A stretch of 36,401 bases of DNA, taken from the NCBI GenBank assembly GCA_018238625.1, contig JABCSY010000036.1, positions 1-36,401 on the forward strand. Reading direction: 5' to 3'. This document shows positions 1 through 9,535 of this stretch, one piece after another. The translations under genes and the position numbers were made by a program. The stretch's first letter is position 1. Every line of letters begins with the position of its first letter. This stretch comes from Promethearchaeota archaeon (GTDB lineage: Archaea; Asgardarchaeota; Lokiarchaeia; Sigyniarchaeales; SOKP01). The notes beneath the pieces were generated by a model. The model had not been told where the DNA came from and did not search any database. It was given only the letters and a program-made list of their open reading frames with translations.

Positions 1-2
1 TT

Positions 3-341
3 ACTGATAATTCTGGGGCAAAGATTGCACAAATAATTAACGTCGATCATGCAAAAACCCGTTTAAGAAGGTTGCCACAAGCTTCTGTGGGATCAGTTTG
101 CACAGTAACCGTTAAAAAAGGTCGTCCAGACTTACGTGGAACTATATTGAAAGCTGTAATCGTTAGACAAAAGATGATATTTAGACGAGTAGACGGCACG
201 AGATTGTCTTTTGAAGATAACGCAGGGGTTTTAATAACCAGGGAAGGCGATCCTAAAGGTACAGAAATTCGGGGACCAATCGCGAGGGAAGCTGCTGAAT
301 TATTTCCACGTTTAGCATCCATTTCTTCATTAATTATTTAA
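3..341 (+). CDS. rpl14: 50S ribosomal protein uL14 (5'-truncated by window edge)
   Basis: Frame is open from nt 3: TDNSGAK...LRRLPQASVG...AVIVRQK...FEDNAGV...GTEIRGPIAREAA, the uL14 signature; first gene of the spc block. Confidence 0.97.
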   Translation, partial: TDNSGAKIAQIINVDHAKTRLRRLPQASVGSVCTVTVKKGRPDLRGTILKAVIVRQKMIFRRVDGTRLSFEDNAGVLITREGDPKGTEIRGPIAREAAELFPRLASISSLII

Positions 342-364
342 TTATGATCATAAGGTTAAAAAGT

Positions 365-796
365 ATGAAAGCAAAATCAAAACAGCCTAAAAAGCAACGG
401 AAAGCGTTATTTACTTATAAGAACCATCAAAGGTCAAAACTTTTATCAACAAGAGTCGCCGATTTTGTAAGAGACGAGTATGGAATTAGAACCCTTCCCC
501 TTAGAGTTGGTGATGGTGTTAAAGTTGTTAAGGGGGAATTCAAAGATTTTGAGGGAGAGGTTCTGGAGATCACGAGTAATCAGAGAGCAAAAATTAAGGA
601 AGCAACTTTTGATAAATCAGATGGAACTCAGTTTCATCCAGCTATTCACATATCGAATTTAATAATAACAAAATTTGCTAAAGAAAAAAAAATGGACCCC
701 TGGCGGGCAAGTATGATTGACAGGAAAGCCATTTTTGGATTAAGGGAAGACGAGTTAAGAGCTCCAAAAAAACTAAAAGAGGAGGAGGAGAAATAG
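365..796 (+). CDS. rpl24: 50S ribosomal protein uL24 (archaeal L24/eL26 type)
   Basis: SKQPKKQRK...LPLRVGDGVKVVKGEFK KOW motif and IHISNLII. ATG 365 preferred over 344 because of the AAGGT upstream. Confidence 0.95.
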   Translation: MKAKSKQPKKQRKALFTYKNHQRSKLLSTRVADFVRDEYGIRTLPLRVGDGVKVVKGEFKDFEGEVLEITSNQRAKIKEATFDKSDGTQFHPAIHISNLIITKFAKEKKMDPWRASMIDRKAIFGLREDELRAPKKLKEEEEK

Positions 797-1549
797 ATGA
801 CTAGACATGGAGGTTCAAGAGCGTTAAAAAGACTCAACACGCCTAAATTTTTACAAATAAAAAGAAAGCATGGCAAGTTCTTTATGAAACCCTCATCTGG
901 GCCTCATCCGAGGAGATTCTGCTTACCTTTACTCCATATTGTCAGGGATCTTCTGAAGATAGTCGATAACCATAGAGAAGCGAAAAAATTGATAGGACTA
1001 GGTAATTTTAAGGTAGATGGAAGAGTAGTAAAAGATACAACATATCCAGTAGGTTTAATGGATGTGTTAAGTATAGAAAAAATGAATAAACATTATCGAA
1101 TTCTACCAGATTCTCACTATGGATTAATACTTCATGAAATAACTGAAGCAGAAAGTACTTTTAAATTATGTCGAATAACCCAAAAAACCACGATAAAGGG
1201 AGGACATATTCAATTAAACTTACACGATGGAAAAAACATTCTAATACGAGTTAAGGACCCAAGTAACACTAAAGAGGATATTTACAAAAGAATGGATGTT
1301 TTAAAAATTTCAATCCCAGAACAAGAAATTCTTAAAGTTTTAAAATTTAAAGAGGGAAATTTAGCGATCATCATGTCCGGGAAAAACATAGGACAATTAG
1401 GGAAAGTTATAAATATTTTAAAACGGTTTGGTCCGAAAGCAAGCACTGTATCTATACAACATAATTCTGAGCATACAGAAACGCTTTATGATTATACATT
1501 TATTATAGGGGAGGATCAATCCGAAATTAATTTACCAAAAATAGAATAA
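797..1549 (+). CDS. rps4e: 30S ribosomal protein eS4
   Basis: LKRLNTP...PSSGPH...KVDGRVVKDTTYPVGLMDV...QLNLHDGKN; expected operon position. Confidence 0.97.
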   Translation: MTRHGGSRALKRLNTPKFLQIKRKHGKFFMKPSSGPHPRRFCLPLLHIVRDLLKIVDNHREAKKLIGLGNFKVDGRVVKDTTYPVGLMDVLSIEKMNKHYRILPDSHYGLILHEITEAESTFKLCRITQKTTIKGGHIQLNLHDGKNILIRVKDPSNTKEDIYKRMDVLKISIPEQEILKVLKFKEGNLAIIMSGKNIGQLGKVINILKRFGPKASTVSIQHNSEHTETLYDYTFIIGEDQSEINLPKIE

Positions 1550-1570
1550 AATAAAGAAGTGAATTCAATT

Positions 1571-2176
1571 ATGTCAGTCAAAGTAGCAAAAAAATCTCAG
1601 AAAAAATCACGAAAAGAACAAGAAAAGATATTTGAAGAGATGTGGACTCATCCAATGAAGAAACCTTACTTAGAAAAAGTGGTTCTAAATATTGGAGTTG
1701 GTGCTGGGGGTGAAGAGTTAGAAAGAGCCTATACGGTATTACAAACGATCTCTGGTAAAACTCCTGTAAAAACGCTTTCTAAGAAAAACGTAAAGGAATT
1801 CAACTTGCGTATAGGACGTCCAATTGGAACGATGGTAACTATACGGAGAAAAGAAGCTGAAAAATTGCTTAAACGACTTTTTGTTGTAAATAACGATAAA
1901 ATGTTAAGAAAAAGTTTCGATAATTATGGTAATTTTGGTTTTGGTATTGTTGAACACATTACCATTCCAGGAATAGAATACGATAACGAGATTGGCATCT
2001 GGGGTCTTGATGTTGTTGGTCGAATAGTTAGGCCAGGTATGAGAGTTAAATACCGAAGAAAAGGTCGAGCTAAAGTTCCTAAACATCATTACGTTTCTCG
2101 TGCGGAAGCTCAATATTTTTTAGAAAAAATTTTTGGAATCGAAATAGTAGAGAAATTAGAATTAGAATATATGTAA
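1571..2176 (+). CDS. rpl5: 50S ribosomal protein uL5
   Basis: HPMKKPYLEKVVLNIGVG...SFDNYGNFGFGIVEHITIPG...IGIWGLDV. ATG 1571 chosen; GTG 1559 is the alternative. Confidence 0.96.
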   Translation: MSVKVAKKSQKKSRKEQEKIFEEMWTHPMKKPYLEKVVLNIGVGAGGEELERAYTVLQTISGKTPVKTLSKKNVKEFNLRIGRPIGTMVTIRRKEAEKLLKRLFVVNNDKMLRKSFDNYGNFGFGIVEHITIPGIEYDNEIGIWGLDVVGRIVRPGMRVKYRRKGRAKVPKHHYVSRAEAQYFLEKIFGIEIVEKLELEYM

Positions 2177-2200
2177 AGAAAAAAAATAGTTTTGATAATT

Positions 2201-2347
2201 ATGCCACAAGGTAAGATAGGTAAGGGTCAGAGAGAATGTCGGCGTTGCCATACACATAGAGGCGTTATAAGGAGGTATGGTTTATATATATGTCGTCGTT
2301 GTTTTTACGAGATTGGAAAAGAAATTGGATTTTATAGGTATGATTAA
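2201..2347 (+). CDS. rps14: 30S ribosomal protein uS14 (zinc-binding, 48 aa; not in ORF track)
   Basis: Manual translation MPQGKIGKGQRECRRCHTHRGVIRRYGLYICRRCFYEIGKEIGFYRYD*; CxxC...CRxC; lies between uL5 and uS8. Confidence 0.96.
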   Translation: MPQGKIGKGQRECRRCHTHRGVIRRYGLYICRRCFYEIGKEIGFYRYD

Positions 2348-2369
2348 AATTAGAAATGAGGTGTAAAAA

Positions 2370-2753
2370 ATAGCAAACACACTTGCCGATATGTGCAACA
2401 ATCTTAAGAACGCAGAAAGAGCGAGAAAAAAAGAAGCAATAATTAACCCTGCTTCGAAATTAACACAAAAGGTTCTTCGCATCTTCCAGCAGCACGCATA
2501 TATTGGAGAATTTGAGAGATATGACGATGGAAGGCAAGGAAAGTTTAAAATTGCCCTATTAGGTAAAATAAACCACTGTGCTGGTTTATTGAGGCTAAAC
2601 TATAAAACTAATCAATATGAATCGCTAGAAAGAAGGTTGCTTCCAGCGCCAGGGTTAGGAATAATTGTATTAACCACTAACCAAGGTATTATGACCATGA
2701 AAGAAGCAGAAGAAAAACATATTGGTGGCATGACTTTATGTTATATTTATTAA
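2370..2753 (+). CDS. rps8: 30S ribosomal protein uS8 (probable ATA start)
   Basis: (I/M)ANTLADMCNNLKNAE...YIGEFERYDDGRQGKF...IIVLTTNQGIMT...IGG. In-frame TAA at 2364; GAGGTG SD at 2358-2363 is 6 nt before ATA 2370. First ATG is at 2391. Confidence 0.93.
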   Translation: MANTLADMCNNLKNAERARKKEAIINPASKLTQKVLRIFQQHAYIGEFERYDDGRQGKFKIALLGKINHCAGLLRLNYKTNQYESLERRLLPAPGLGIIVLTTNQGIMTMKEAEEKHIGGMTLCYIY

Positions 2754-2775
2754 TATTGAAAGAAGGTAATAGTAA

Positions 2776-3354
2776 ATGGTTAAAGTAGCATTTTATAAGG
2801 AAGATATGGAAATTCCGGAAGGAGTGAAAGTTACACTTGATGGAAATCATCATATTACTGTAAAAGGACCCAACGGAAAAATAACAAAAGATTTCTCTCA
2901 TGTGAGAGGTATAAAGGTCTCAATTGAAGGGAATAAAATTTATTTTTCTACAAACTTTCCAAAAAGTGGAACTCTCGCCTTGACTAAGACTATTATCAAC
3001 TTAATTAAAAATTTAATAATCGGGGTTCAAACAAATTATAAATATATTTGTAAAGTGTGCTATAGTCATTTTCCATGCACTGTTGAAGTGAAGCCTGATA
3101 AGAAAGAAATACATGTGGTTAATTTTCTTGGAGAAAGAGCACCAAGAGTTACACATTATTTAGATAATGTAGAAGTTAAGGTTGAAGGCGAAGATGTTAT
3201 ATTAATTGGACCCGATAAAGAAACATTGGGGCAAACAGCGGCAAATATACAAAGATGCTGTAGAATTAGGAAGAAAGATCCAAGAGTTTTTCAAGATGGT
3301 GTATACCTCTACAAAAGACAGATTGGAGAAGAAGTTACTTGGGAAATAAAATAA
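2776..3354 (+). CDS. rpl6: 50S ribosomal protein uL6
   Basis: IPEGVKV...VKGPNGK...YSHFP...NFLGERAPR...KDPRVFQDGVY. Confidence 0.97.
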   Translation: MVKVAFYKEDMEIPEGVKVTLDGNHHITVKGPNGKITKDFSHVRGIKVSIEGNKIYFSTNFPKSGTLALTKTIINLIKNLIIGVQTNYKYICKVCYSHFPCTVEVKPDKKEIHVVNFLGERAPRVTHYLDNVEVKVEGEDVILIGPDKETLGQTAANIQRCCRIRKKDPRVFQDGVYLYKRQIGEEVTWEIK

Positions 3355-3369
3355 ATTGAGGTAATAACG

Positions 3370-3834
3370 ATGGAACAAAAAAGATTAATAGAACTCAGGA
3401 AAAAAATGAATAAAAAACGACCCTCCTTTAGACGTGTAGAATCGTGGAGATATGTGAGAGTAAAAGATCCGTGGAGAAAGGCTAGAGGGATCGATTCACG
3501 AACTCGAATAAAATCTAAATCTGGTGTTAAATCTCCATCAATGGGGTATAGAGGTCCCAAAAAAGTTCGAGGACTTCATCCATCTGGATATGTAGAAGTA
3601 AGAGTTGTCACCATTAACGATATAAAAGGTTTAAATAACAAAAAACACGCACTAAAAATATCTGGTAAATTAGGTGTTAAAAAAAGAATAGTTTTAATTG
3701 ATTACGCTCAAAGTAGAGGATTTAAAGTTCTTAATTTAGGGATTTCTCAAAAAGAATTAGAAGGATTAGAAGCAATGTTAGAATCGTCTGTTGATGATCT
3801 ATACGACGAGGATTTACTTGACGATGAGGATTAG
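3370..3834 (+). CDS. rpl32e: 50S ribosomal protein eL32 (acidic C-terminal tail)
   Basis: KRPSFRR...WRKARGIDS...GYRGPKKVRGLHPSGY. Confidence 0.96.
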   Translation: MEQKRLIELRKKMNKKRPSFRRVESWRYVRVKDPWRKARGIDSRTRIKSKSGVKSPSMGYRGPKKVRGLHPSGYVEVRVVTINDIKGLNNKKHALKISGKLGVKKRIVLIDYAQSRGFKVLNLGISQKELEGLEAMLESSVDDLYDEDLLDDED

Positions 3835-3875
3835 AAAGAATACTTATAATTAATAATAGATTTGTGTGATAAAAA

Positions 3876-4334
3876 ATGAGTTTAAAAGCCCAAAAAAGAA
3901 TGGCTGCAGAAATTTTAAAATGTGGGGAAAATCGAGTGTATTGCGATCCTTATTTAATCGATGAGATTAAAATGGCAATTACTCGACAGGATATCCGAAA
4001 TTTAATTAAAGAAGGAATAATTCAGAAAAAATATAAAAAAGGAAACTCAAAATATAGGAAAAATGCCCACCACGAAAGAAAGAAAAAAGGTAGGGGTAGA
4101 GGATTAGGCAAAAGAAAGGGAACTAAAGGTGCAAGAACTCCAAAGAAAAAAGCTTGGATGAAACGCATTCGTCCTCAAAGACGAGAATTGAAGAAGTTGA
4201 GAGATAGAAAATTAATTACTACAGCAACATATAGAAAGCTGTACAAAAACGCTAAGGGTGGAATGTTTAATAGCGTCGCTCAAATGAACCGTCATATTAA
4301 AGAAAAAGAATTAATCAAGAGAGGTAGGTCGTAA
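3876..4334 (+). CDS. rpl19e: 50S ribosomal protein eL19
   Basis: LKAQKRMAAEILKCGENRV...ITRQDIRNLI...GKRKGTKGAR...YRKLY...KGGMF. Confidence 0.97.
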   Translation: MSLKAQKRMAAEILKCGENRVYCDPYLIDEIKMAITRQDIRNLIKEGIIQKKYKKGNSKYRKNAHHERKKKGRGRGLGKRKGTKGARTPKKKAWMKRIRPQRRELKKLRDRKLITTATYRKLYKNAKGGMFNSVAQMNRHIKEKELIKRGRS

Positions 4335-4928
4335 ATGGCAAAAGGACCGAGATATCGTCGATCTAATCGAAGGAGAGAGGAAGGAAAAACAAATTACCAT
4401 AGGAGATTAAGGTTAATAAAATCAAAGAAGTTAAGAGTTGTAATTAGGGCTTCGAACAATCACATTATTGTCCAAATTATTCAATCTAAATTCGGTGGCG
4501 ATAAAGTTTTAGTCTCTGCCCATTCTACGGAATTAACCTCAAAATTCGGATGGAAAGCAAATACCGGAAATGTTCCAGCAGCATATTTAACTGGTTTTTT
4601 AGCAGGTTTAAGGGCTAAAAAACAAAATATTGATGAAGCTATTCTCGATTTAGGTGTCTTTTACCATAGAATTCGAGTTCTCGCGGCTTTTAAAGGTATT
4701 TTAAAATCAGAATTAAAAGTACCTCATAAGGAAAGCTTTTTTCCAGACAATTTAGAGGAACGAATTACTGGGGCTCAAATAGAAAAATTTGCTAATCTTC
4801 TAAAAAGCGAGAATCCAGAAAAATACGATCAAATTTTCTCAGGTTATCTGAAGAAAAATAAAATAAATCCATTAAAAATGAGTCAAATTGTTTCGAATAC
4901 ATTCAAAACAATTGAAAATAATGCTTAA
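4335..4928 (+). CDS. rpl18: 50S ribosomal protein uL18
   Basis: MAKGPRYR...RRREEGKTNYHRR...GNVPAAYLTG...AILDLG. Confidence 0.97.
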   Translation: MAKGPRYRRSNRRREEGKTNYHRRLRLIKSKKLRVVIRASNNHIIVQIIQSKFGGDKVLVSAHSTELTSKFGWKANTGNVPAAYLTGFLAGLRAKKQNIDEAILDLGVFYHRIRVLAAFKGILKSELKVPHKESFFPDNLEERITGAQIEKFANLLKSENPEKYDQIFSGYLKKNKINPLKMSQIVSNTFKTIENNA

Positions 4929-4942
4929 ATAAGTGAGTTAAA

Positions 4943-5599
4943 ATGAGTCAACAAAGAAATCAAAGGAAAAGACAAGATCAAAGACAAAGAAAACCAAGAA
5001 ATCCTACCGAAGGTTGGGTTCCAAAAACGCGCTTGGGCGAATTAGTTAAAGAAGGGCTAATCACATTAGAAAAAATATTTGCTAATAATCTAATTGTCAA
5101 GGAGAAACAAATTATTGATATTCTCCTACCACAATTAAATGAGAGCGTGGTTTCTATTTCCATGGTACAACAAATGACTGCTAGTGGTCAACGATCTAGA
5201 TTCAAAGCAGTTGTACTTGTCGGGACGGATGGCTTTATTGGTGTGGGCTCAGCAAAGTCACGAGAAGTAGGACCAGCAATAAGAAAGGCAATTGATAGAG
5301 CAAAGCTTTCTGTTATACCCGTTCTTAGAGGTTGTGGTAGTAAAGAATGTGGTTGTGGTCATACTCACAGCGTACCATTTAAAGTAGATGGAAAATGTGG
5401 TTCTGTGAAAATACGATTGATTCCGGCACCACAAGGAGTGGGATTAGCTTGTGCAGATAAAGTTAAACAAGTATTAAAATTAGCCGGTATCGAAGATATC
5501 TGGAGCAAAACTTTCGGTGATACTAGAACAAGCGAAAATCTTGTAAAAGCTACTGTTACCGCACTTAAAAATGCTCACAAATTTAATTTCAATTTATAG
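4943..5599 (+). CDS. rps5: 30S ribosomal protein uS5
   Basis: WVPKTRLGELV...GQRSRFKA...RGCGSKECGCGHTHSVPFKVDGKCGSV...LIPAPQGVGL. Confidence 0.97.
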   Translation: MSQQRNQRKRQDQRQRKPRNPTEGWVPKTRLGELVKEGLITLEKIFANNLIVKEKQIIDILLPQLNESVVSISMVQQMTASGQRSRFKAVVLVGTDGFIGVGSAKSREVGPAIRKAIDRAKLSVIPVLRGCGSKECGCGHTHSVPFKVDGKCGSVKIRLIPAPQGVGLACADKVKQVLKLAGIEDIWSKTFGDTRTSENLVKATVTALKNAHKFNFNL

Positions 5600-5615
5600 A
5601 TTATGAGTGGTGTAT

Positions 5616-6152
5616 ATGATGGCTGAAAATGAAGTTATAGTTAGAAAAAAACCTAAAATAAAAAAACCGAAACCTCCTGTCCTGTACTTCGCAGTTCGTA
5701 TAAGAGGCGCAATAGGAATGAAACGCGTAATTTTAGACACATTAAAAATGTTGAGAATGCATAGGGTTAACCATGGAGTTCTTATTTGGGGTGATGTAAG
5801 CTATGTTGGTATGCTTAAAAAATGTAAAGATTATATAGCTTATGGTGAAATCAACGAAAAAACATTGTTGAGATTATTGAGAGCAAGAGGGAAAGTTGAA
5901 GGAAATAAACCACTCACAGACGAACATATTAAAAATTTAACAAAATATAAGGATTTAAAAGAACTTACTAAAGCTTTAATATCTGGAGAAATTCAATACA
6001 AAACGAATGATATTTCTAAGATTAAACCCGTGTTTCGATTGCACCCTCCAAGGAAAGGGCATCGCGGTACGATTAAAAAACATTATCGTGAAGGTGGCAC
6101 CTTGGGATATGTAGAGCAATATATTAATGAGATAATTCATAAAATGATATAA
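5616..6152 (+). CDS. rpl30: 50S ribosomal protein uL30
   Basis: AVRIRG...TLKMLRMHRVNH...DYIAYGE...FRLHPPRKG. Start ambiguous (5607 GTG, 5616 or 5619 ATG). Confidence 0.95.
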   Translation: MMAENEVIVRKKPKIKKPKPPVLYFAVRIRGAIGMKRVILDTLKMLRMHRVNHGVLIWGDVSYVGMLKKCKDYIAYGEINEKTLLRLLRARGKVEGNKPLTDEHIKNLTKYKDLKELTKALISGEIQYKTNDISKIKPVFRLHPPRKGHRGTIKKHYREGGTLGYVEQYINEIIHKMI

Positions 6153-6173
6153 TTAGAAAGGTGAAATAAAAAT

Positions 6174-6653
6174 ATGCGAAAATTCCCAAAAAAAGTTAGA
6201 AAAATGAGAGGGACCCGTACACATGGATATGGAAGGGTAGGGCAACATCGAAAAGCAGGTCAAAGAGCCGGAAAAGGTAAAACAACTCAATGGAAGAAAA
6301 GTAAAAAATCTTATTATCTCAAGCAAAAAGAACTTGGGTTCCCAGACCCAGATTGGGATTTTGGAAAACGAGGTTTTAAAAGGCCACAAGATATTAATCG
6401 TATTTATCAAGTAAACGCTCTAAATGTAAAAGATTTAGATTCAAAAATAGAGGAATTGACTAAAAATAACATAGCCTCAAAATCGGGAAATACTTATACG
6501 ATTGATTTGAAAGAAATAAATATTCAAAAAATCTTAGGTCGTGGAGAAATTAATAAAAAAATTAATATTTCAGTTAAGAAAGCTTCAAAAAGAGCTATTG
6601 AGAAAATCGAGTCTGCTGGCGGAAAAGTAACGCTTCTTTCTGAAGCAAAATAG
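6174..6653 (+). CDS. rpl15: 50S ribosomal protein uL15
   Basis: RKMRGTRTHGYG...GQHRKAG...FGKRGF...KILGRG...SKRAIEKIESAGG. Confidence 0.97.
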   Translation: MRKFPKKVRKMRGTRTHGYGRVGQHRKAGQRAGKGKTTQWKKSKKSYYLKQKELGFPDPDWDFGKRGFKRPQDINRIYQVNALNVKDLDSKIEELTKNNIASKSGNTYTIDLKEINIQKILGRGEINKKINISVKKASKRAIEKIESAGGKVTLLSEAK

Positions 6654-6660
6654 TTAACTC

Positions 6661-6697
6661 ATTATTTTTTTGTATATCTTTTGTATTTTTGTTTGTT
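6661..6697 (+). terminator. T-rich archaeal terminator region of the spc operon
   Basis: TTTTTTT and further T runs directly after the uL15 stop, facing a convergent gene. Confidence 0.45.
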
Positions 6698-6712
6698 AGG
6701 AATTAGTAGAAT

Positions 6713-7375
6713 TTAATCTAATAATTTTATAATTAGTTGAATTAATCCAGGTAATAAAAATATAAATCCTAAAATGTTTCCAACTAAATGAATCGATGTA
6801 AATATTATACCAGAAAGATAGGACGCGATAAAATATTCTACCGCAATAGAAACTATAAGACCCCCGAATAAAGTGCTTAAAATATCATATATAAAAGTAA
6901 TTGACGCACCTAAAACTCCAAATATTAACATTATTTGAAAAACATACAAATCTTCCCTTGGCTTAAAATATTTTTTGTTGCATAAAAAATCTCTCGTAAG
7001 CCCACCTAACGCTCCGGTTAAAGAATAATGCGTTAACTGGTAAAAGAAAAGTGGCGGCGGTGAAGGTCCGAATGGATTAAAAAATGTAAATATGATTGAA
7101 CTTAACAGCCCAACTATGGCTCCATCCTTTTTGTTCATAACGAAACCAGCTAAAAAGACCATCAAAGTAAAAATCTCAATGTTGGGAATATACGCCAACA
7201 TATATCCTAAGACAACTGCTAAAGCTGAGAATGTACCTATTAACGCAATTCGAAAATTCTTTTTTTCTAACCAAACTGATTGATTAACTTTTTCAATCTC
7301 TTCGCTTCCACTATTGTTTTCAAATGAAATATGCGATTTTTCATGTTCTTTAGATACTTCTGAATCAATACACAT
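6713..7375 (-). CDS. ECF transporter S component, CbrT-like (putative cobalamin)
   Basis: About 6 TM helices; LAYIPNIE.FTLMVFLAG and FNPFGP motifs typical of CbrT-like S components. ATG 7375 preferred over TTG 7432. DUF4430 gene nearby. Confidence 0.7.
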   Translation of the reverse strand: MCIDSEVSKEHEKSHISFENNSGSEEIEKVNQSVWLEKKNFRIALIGTFSALAVVLGYMLAYIPNIEIFTLMVFLAGFVMNKKDGAIVGLLSSIIFTFFNPFGPSPPPLFFYQLTHYSLTGALGGLTRDFLCNKKYFKPREDLYVFQIMLIFGVLGASITFIYDILSTLFGGLIVSIAVEYFIASYLSGIIFTSIHLVGNILGFIFLLPGLIQLIIKLLD

Positions 7376-7741
7376 CTCAATTATTATTCCTTCTTTGTTT
7401 GGTAAAATTTTATTATAGTTTAGATATTTCAAAACTATTTGTATAAAATTGGGTTAATTAATTATTAATTTAAAATCTTATGAATTCAAATATTTAAAAT
7501 TGTAAGGTTTACAAGATATTTTATTGAATTTTACATTGATCCAAACTAAATTCTCGAGCTTATCTCTCTATTAATAAATAGCCGTGAATAATCTATAAAT
7601 ATCTCTTCTTAACTCCATTTAGATCTGAGATCAATTATAGGAATTCTAACCTAGGTCTTCTTTCCTACAAATTTTTTAATCATCTTATATATTATATGAT
7701 AACTACAAACAAATTTACTAAAACTGCAAAAAATTGATCTT

Positions 7742-8563
7742 ATGACTAGAAAAAACATTTTTCTTGGCATTTTCACCTCGATATTGGTATTTCAAACAAT
7801 CTTTTTCGTCCTAACTCCGATTATTAAAGCTGAAACAGCAATTCCTGGAAATTTTTGTGGAGAATTAGATTTCAATGAGGTCTATGTTTATAACGTATCT
7901 TCTTTTAATACAAGTAAGCCCCTTGAGTGGAGAGAGTTAGATTGGGCAGCTCCACCAAGAGGTTTTGCCAATACAACTCCTGGAGGGCAAATACTAGTTA
8001 ATTTCACTGGTTTTTACGATAAAGATCCTAACGATTTCTTTAATCTATTCGAAAGCCCTACGCCATACATGAACATAGAGTTCAAGGAGAATAGATTAGG
8101 GGTTCTTACTACAAATACTACATTCTACAATATTTCAAATGGCGAAGCAGACATGAATTTAGCTATTGGTTATAATAAATTTAAGTCAGGATTTTTAATT
8201 CCAGTTAATAATTTTACTTACTTAAAACAACAAGCCTACGCACAAGATGAACCTCCATGGATGAATGCAACAGTTATCATTGAAGAGACTCAAAATAACA
8301 TTTCGTTTGATTTTCGTCAGAAAGGGGGTTTACTTCAGAGAACTAAATCTATATACGATAAAATTTCAGGTCTTCTAGTTTATACAAATACTTCTTTTGG
8401 AAATTATACGCTTGAGATGACATTAACTAATCTACCTGACTTAAAAATTGAGCCTCCAATAATTCCTGCATACCCTACATTAATCATATTTACTAGCCTT
8501 AGTATAGCAACACTAATCTTAATTCTCAATGCAAAAAGAAAAACGAAGAAAAGCAACAATTAG
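7742..8563 (+). CDS. Secreted surface protein with Loki-CTERM-like C-terminal anchor
   Basis: N-terminal signal peptide, many N-x-S/T sequons, C-terminal IPAYP + TM helix + KRKTKK. Confidence 0.75.
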   Translation: MTRKNIFLGIFTSILVFQTIFFVLTPIIKAETAIPGNFCGELDFNEVYVYNVSSFNTSKPLEWRELDWAAPPRGFANTTPGGQILVNFTGFYDKDPNDFFNLFESPTPYMNIEFKENRLGVLTTNTTFYNISNGEADMNLAIGYNKFKSGFLIPVNNFTYLKQQAYAQDEPPWMNATVIIEETQNNISFDFRQKGGLLQRTKSIYDKISGLLVYTNTSFGNYTLEMTLTNLPDLKIEPPIIPAYPTLIIFTSLSIATLILILNAKRKTKKSNN

Positions 8564-8611
8564 ATTTACAATAAATTATTATTTTTTTTAAAATTGTTTT
8601 TATTAGTAATC

Positions 8612-9037
8612 ATGGAAAAAAAGATTAAATATATTTTCTTGGTACTTATTGGAATATCTTGCTTTAGTTTACTATTTCTTTTTAATTCTATCCTACTCCA
8701 AAATCCAGAGCCTCCTATTAATCAAGATAACGGAGAAAGGGATGTGAAACAGTACAGTGTTGAAAACATTACGCTAACAATTGATTATTCTGGTATAAAA
8801 CCTAATGAGAAATTTGAAAATATAAATTTGACTAATTATGAGACTACTGCATATCACATTTTACTTAATTGCTGTGAAATTGTTATTATAGATTATGATT
8901 GGGGTGTATATGTAAAGGAGATTAACGGTGTTGGAGTTGGTTGGATATATACAATTAACAACGGTGTGCCCCCAAGTATGCCTTCAAATTATTTTAATTT
9001 ATTAGATAACGATACTGTTAAATGGACACATGTATAG
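8612..9037 (+). CDS. DUF4430 (transcobalamin-like C-terminal domain) membrane-anchored protein
   Basis: N-terminal TM; YDWGVYVKEING...GWIYTIN...LLDNDTVKW pattern matches DUF4430. Confidence 0.75.
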   Translation: MEKKIKYIFLVLIGISCFSLLFLFNSILLQNPEPPINQDNGERDVKQYSVENITLTIDYSGIKPNEKFENINLTNYETTAYHILLNCCEIVIIDYDWGVYVKEINGVGVGWIYTINNGVPPSMPSNYFNLLDNDTVKWTHV

Positions 9038-9087
9038 ATGTACTTATTAAGAAATCAAAAATGAGTATTTTTAACTTAACTAATAAT

Positions 9088-9525
9088 TTATGAAGTATGT
9101 AAATCTTTTGATTCAATTTTCTTAAGAACGGGCTCCATTTCTTTAAACGATTTACGAATTTTATGGAAATAATAGCCCAATTTATAGCCTTTACTACAAT
9201 TCGTAAATAGCATGAAGTTATTGTCTAAATCTCCAACTAGAATAATTGTATAACCTTTTACCCCTCTTATTACAATTTCTCTTAATTCTCCTTGTCCTAA
9301 ACCTCTACTAATTTTTTCTCCCAAAGAAATTAATGTGGCAGGGCTTGCACTATAAATATCTGCTACAATATCGGCAGTCTCAGAACTAGCTATTCTCAAT
9401 CCCGTTTTTGATACGATTGCAGAACCCTCCAAGTCTGTAGAACTTTCTAACTTTTCTAAACTTTGCATAATTTCTCCTAATATTTCTGGATCGATATTAA
9501 TTTCTGATGTTTCAATTTTTTCCAT
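9088..9525 (-). CDS. Roadblock/LC7 domain protein
   Basis: LEGSAIVSKTGLRIAS...SLGEKISRGLGQGELREIVIRGVKGYTII, a typical roadblock pattern. Confidence 0.85.
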   Translation of the reverse strand: MEKIETSEINIDPEILGEIMQSLEKLESSTDLEGSAIVSKTGLRIASSETADIVADIYSASPATLISLGEKISRGLGQGELREIVIRGVKGYTIILVGDLDNNFMLFTNCSKGYKLGYYFHKIRKSFKEMEPVLKKIESKDLHTS

Positions 9526-9535
9526 TTTAACAACC

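Noticed and set aside
7376-7741. Cobalamin riboswitch between the ECF S gene and the surface-protein gene
   Set aside because: Very AT-rich, with no B12-box-like motifs.
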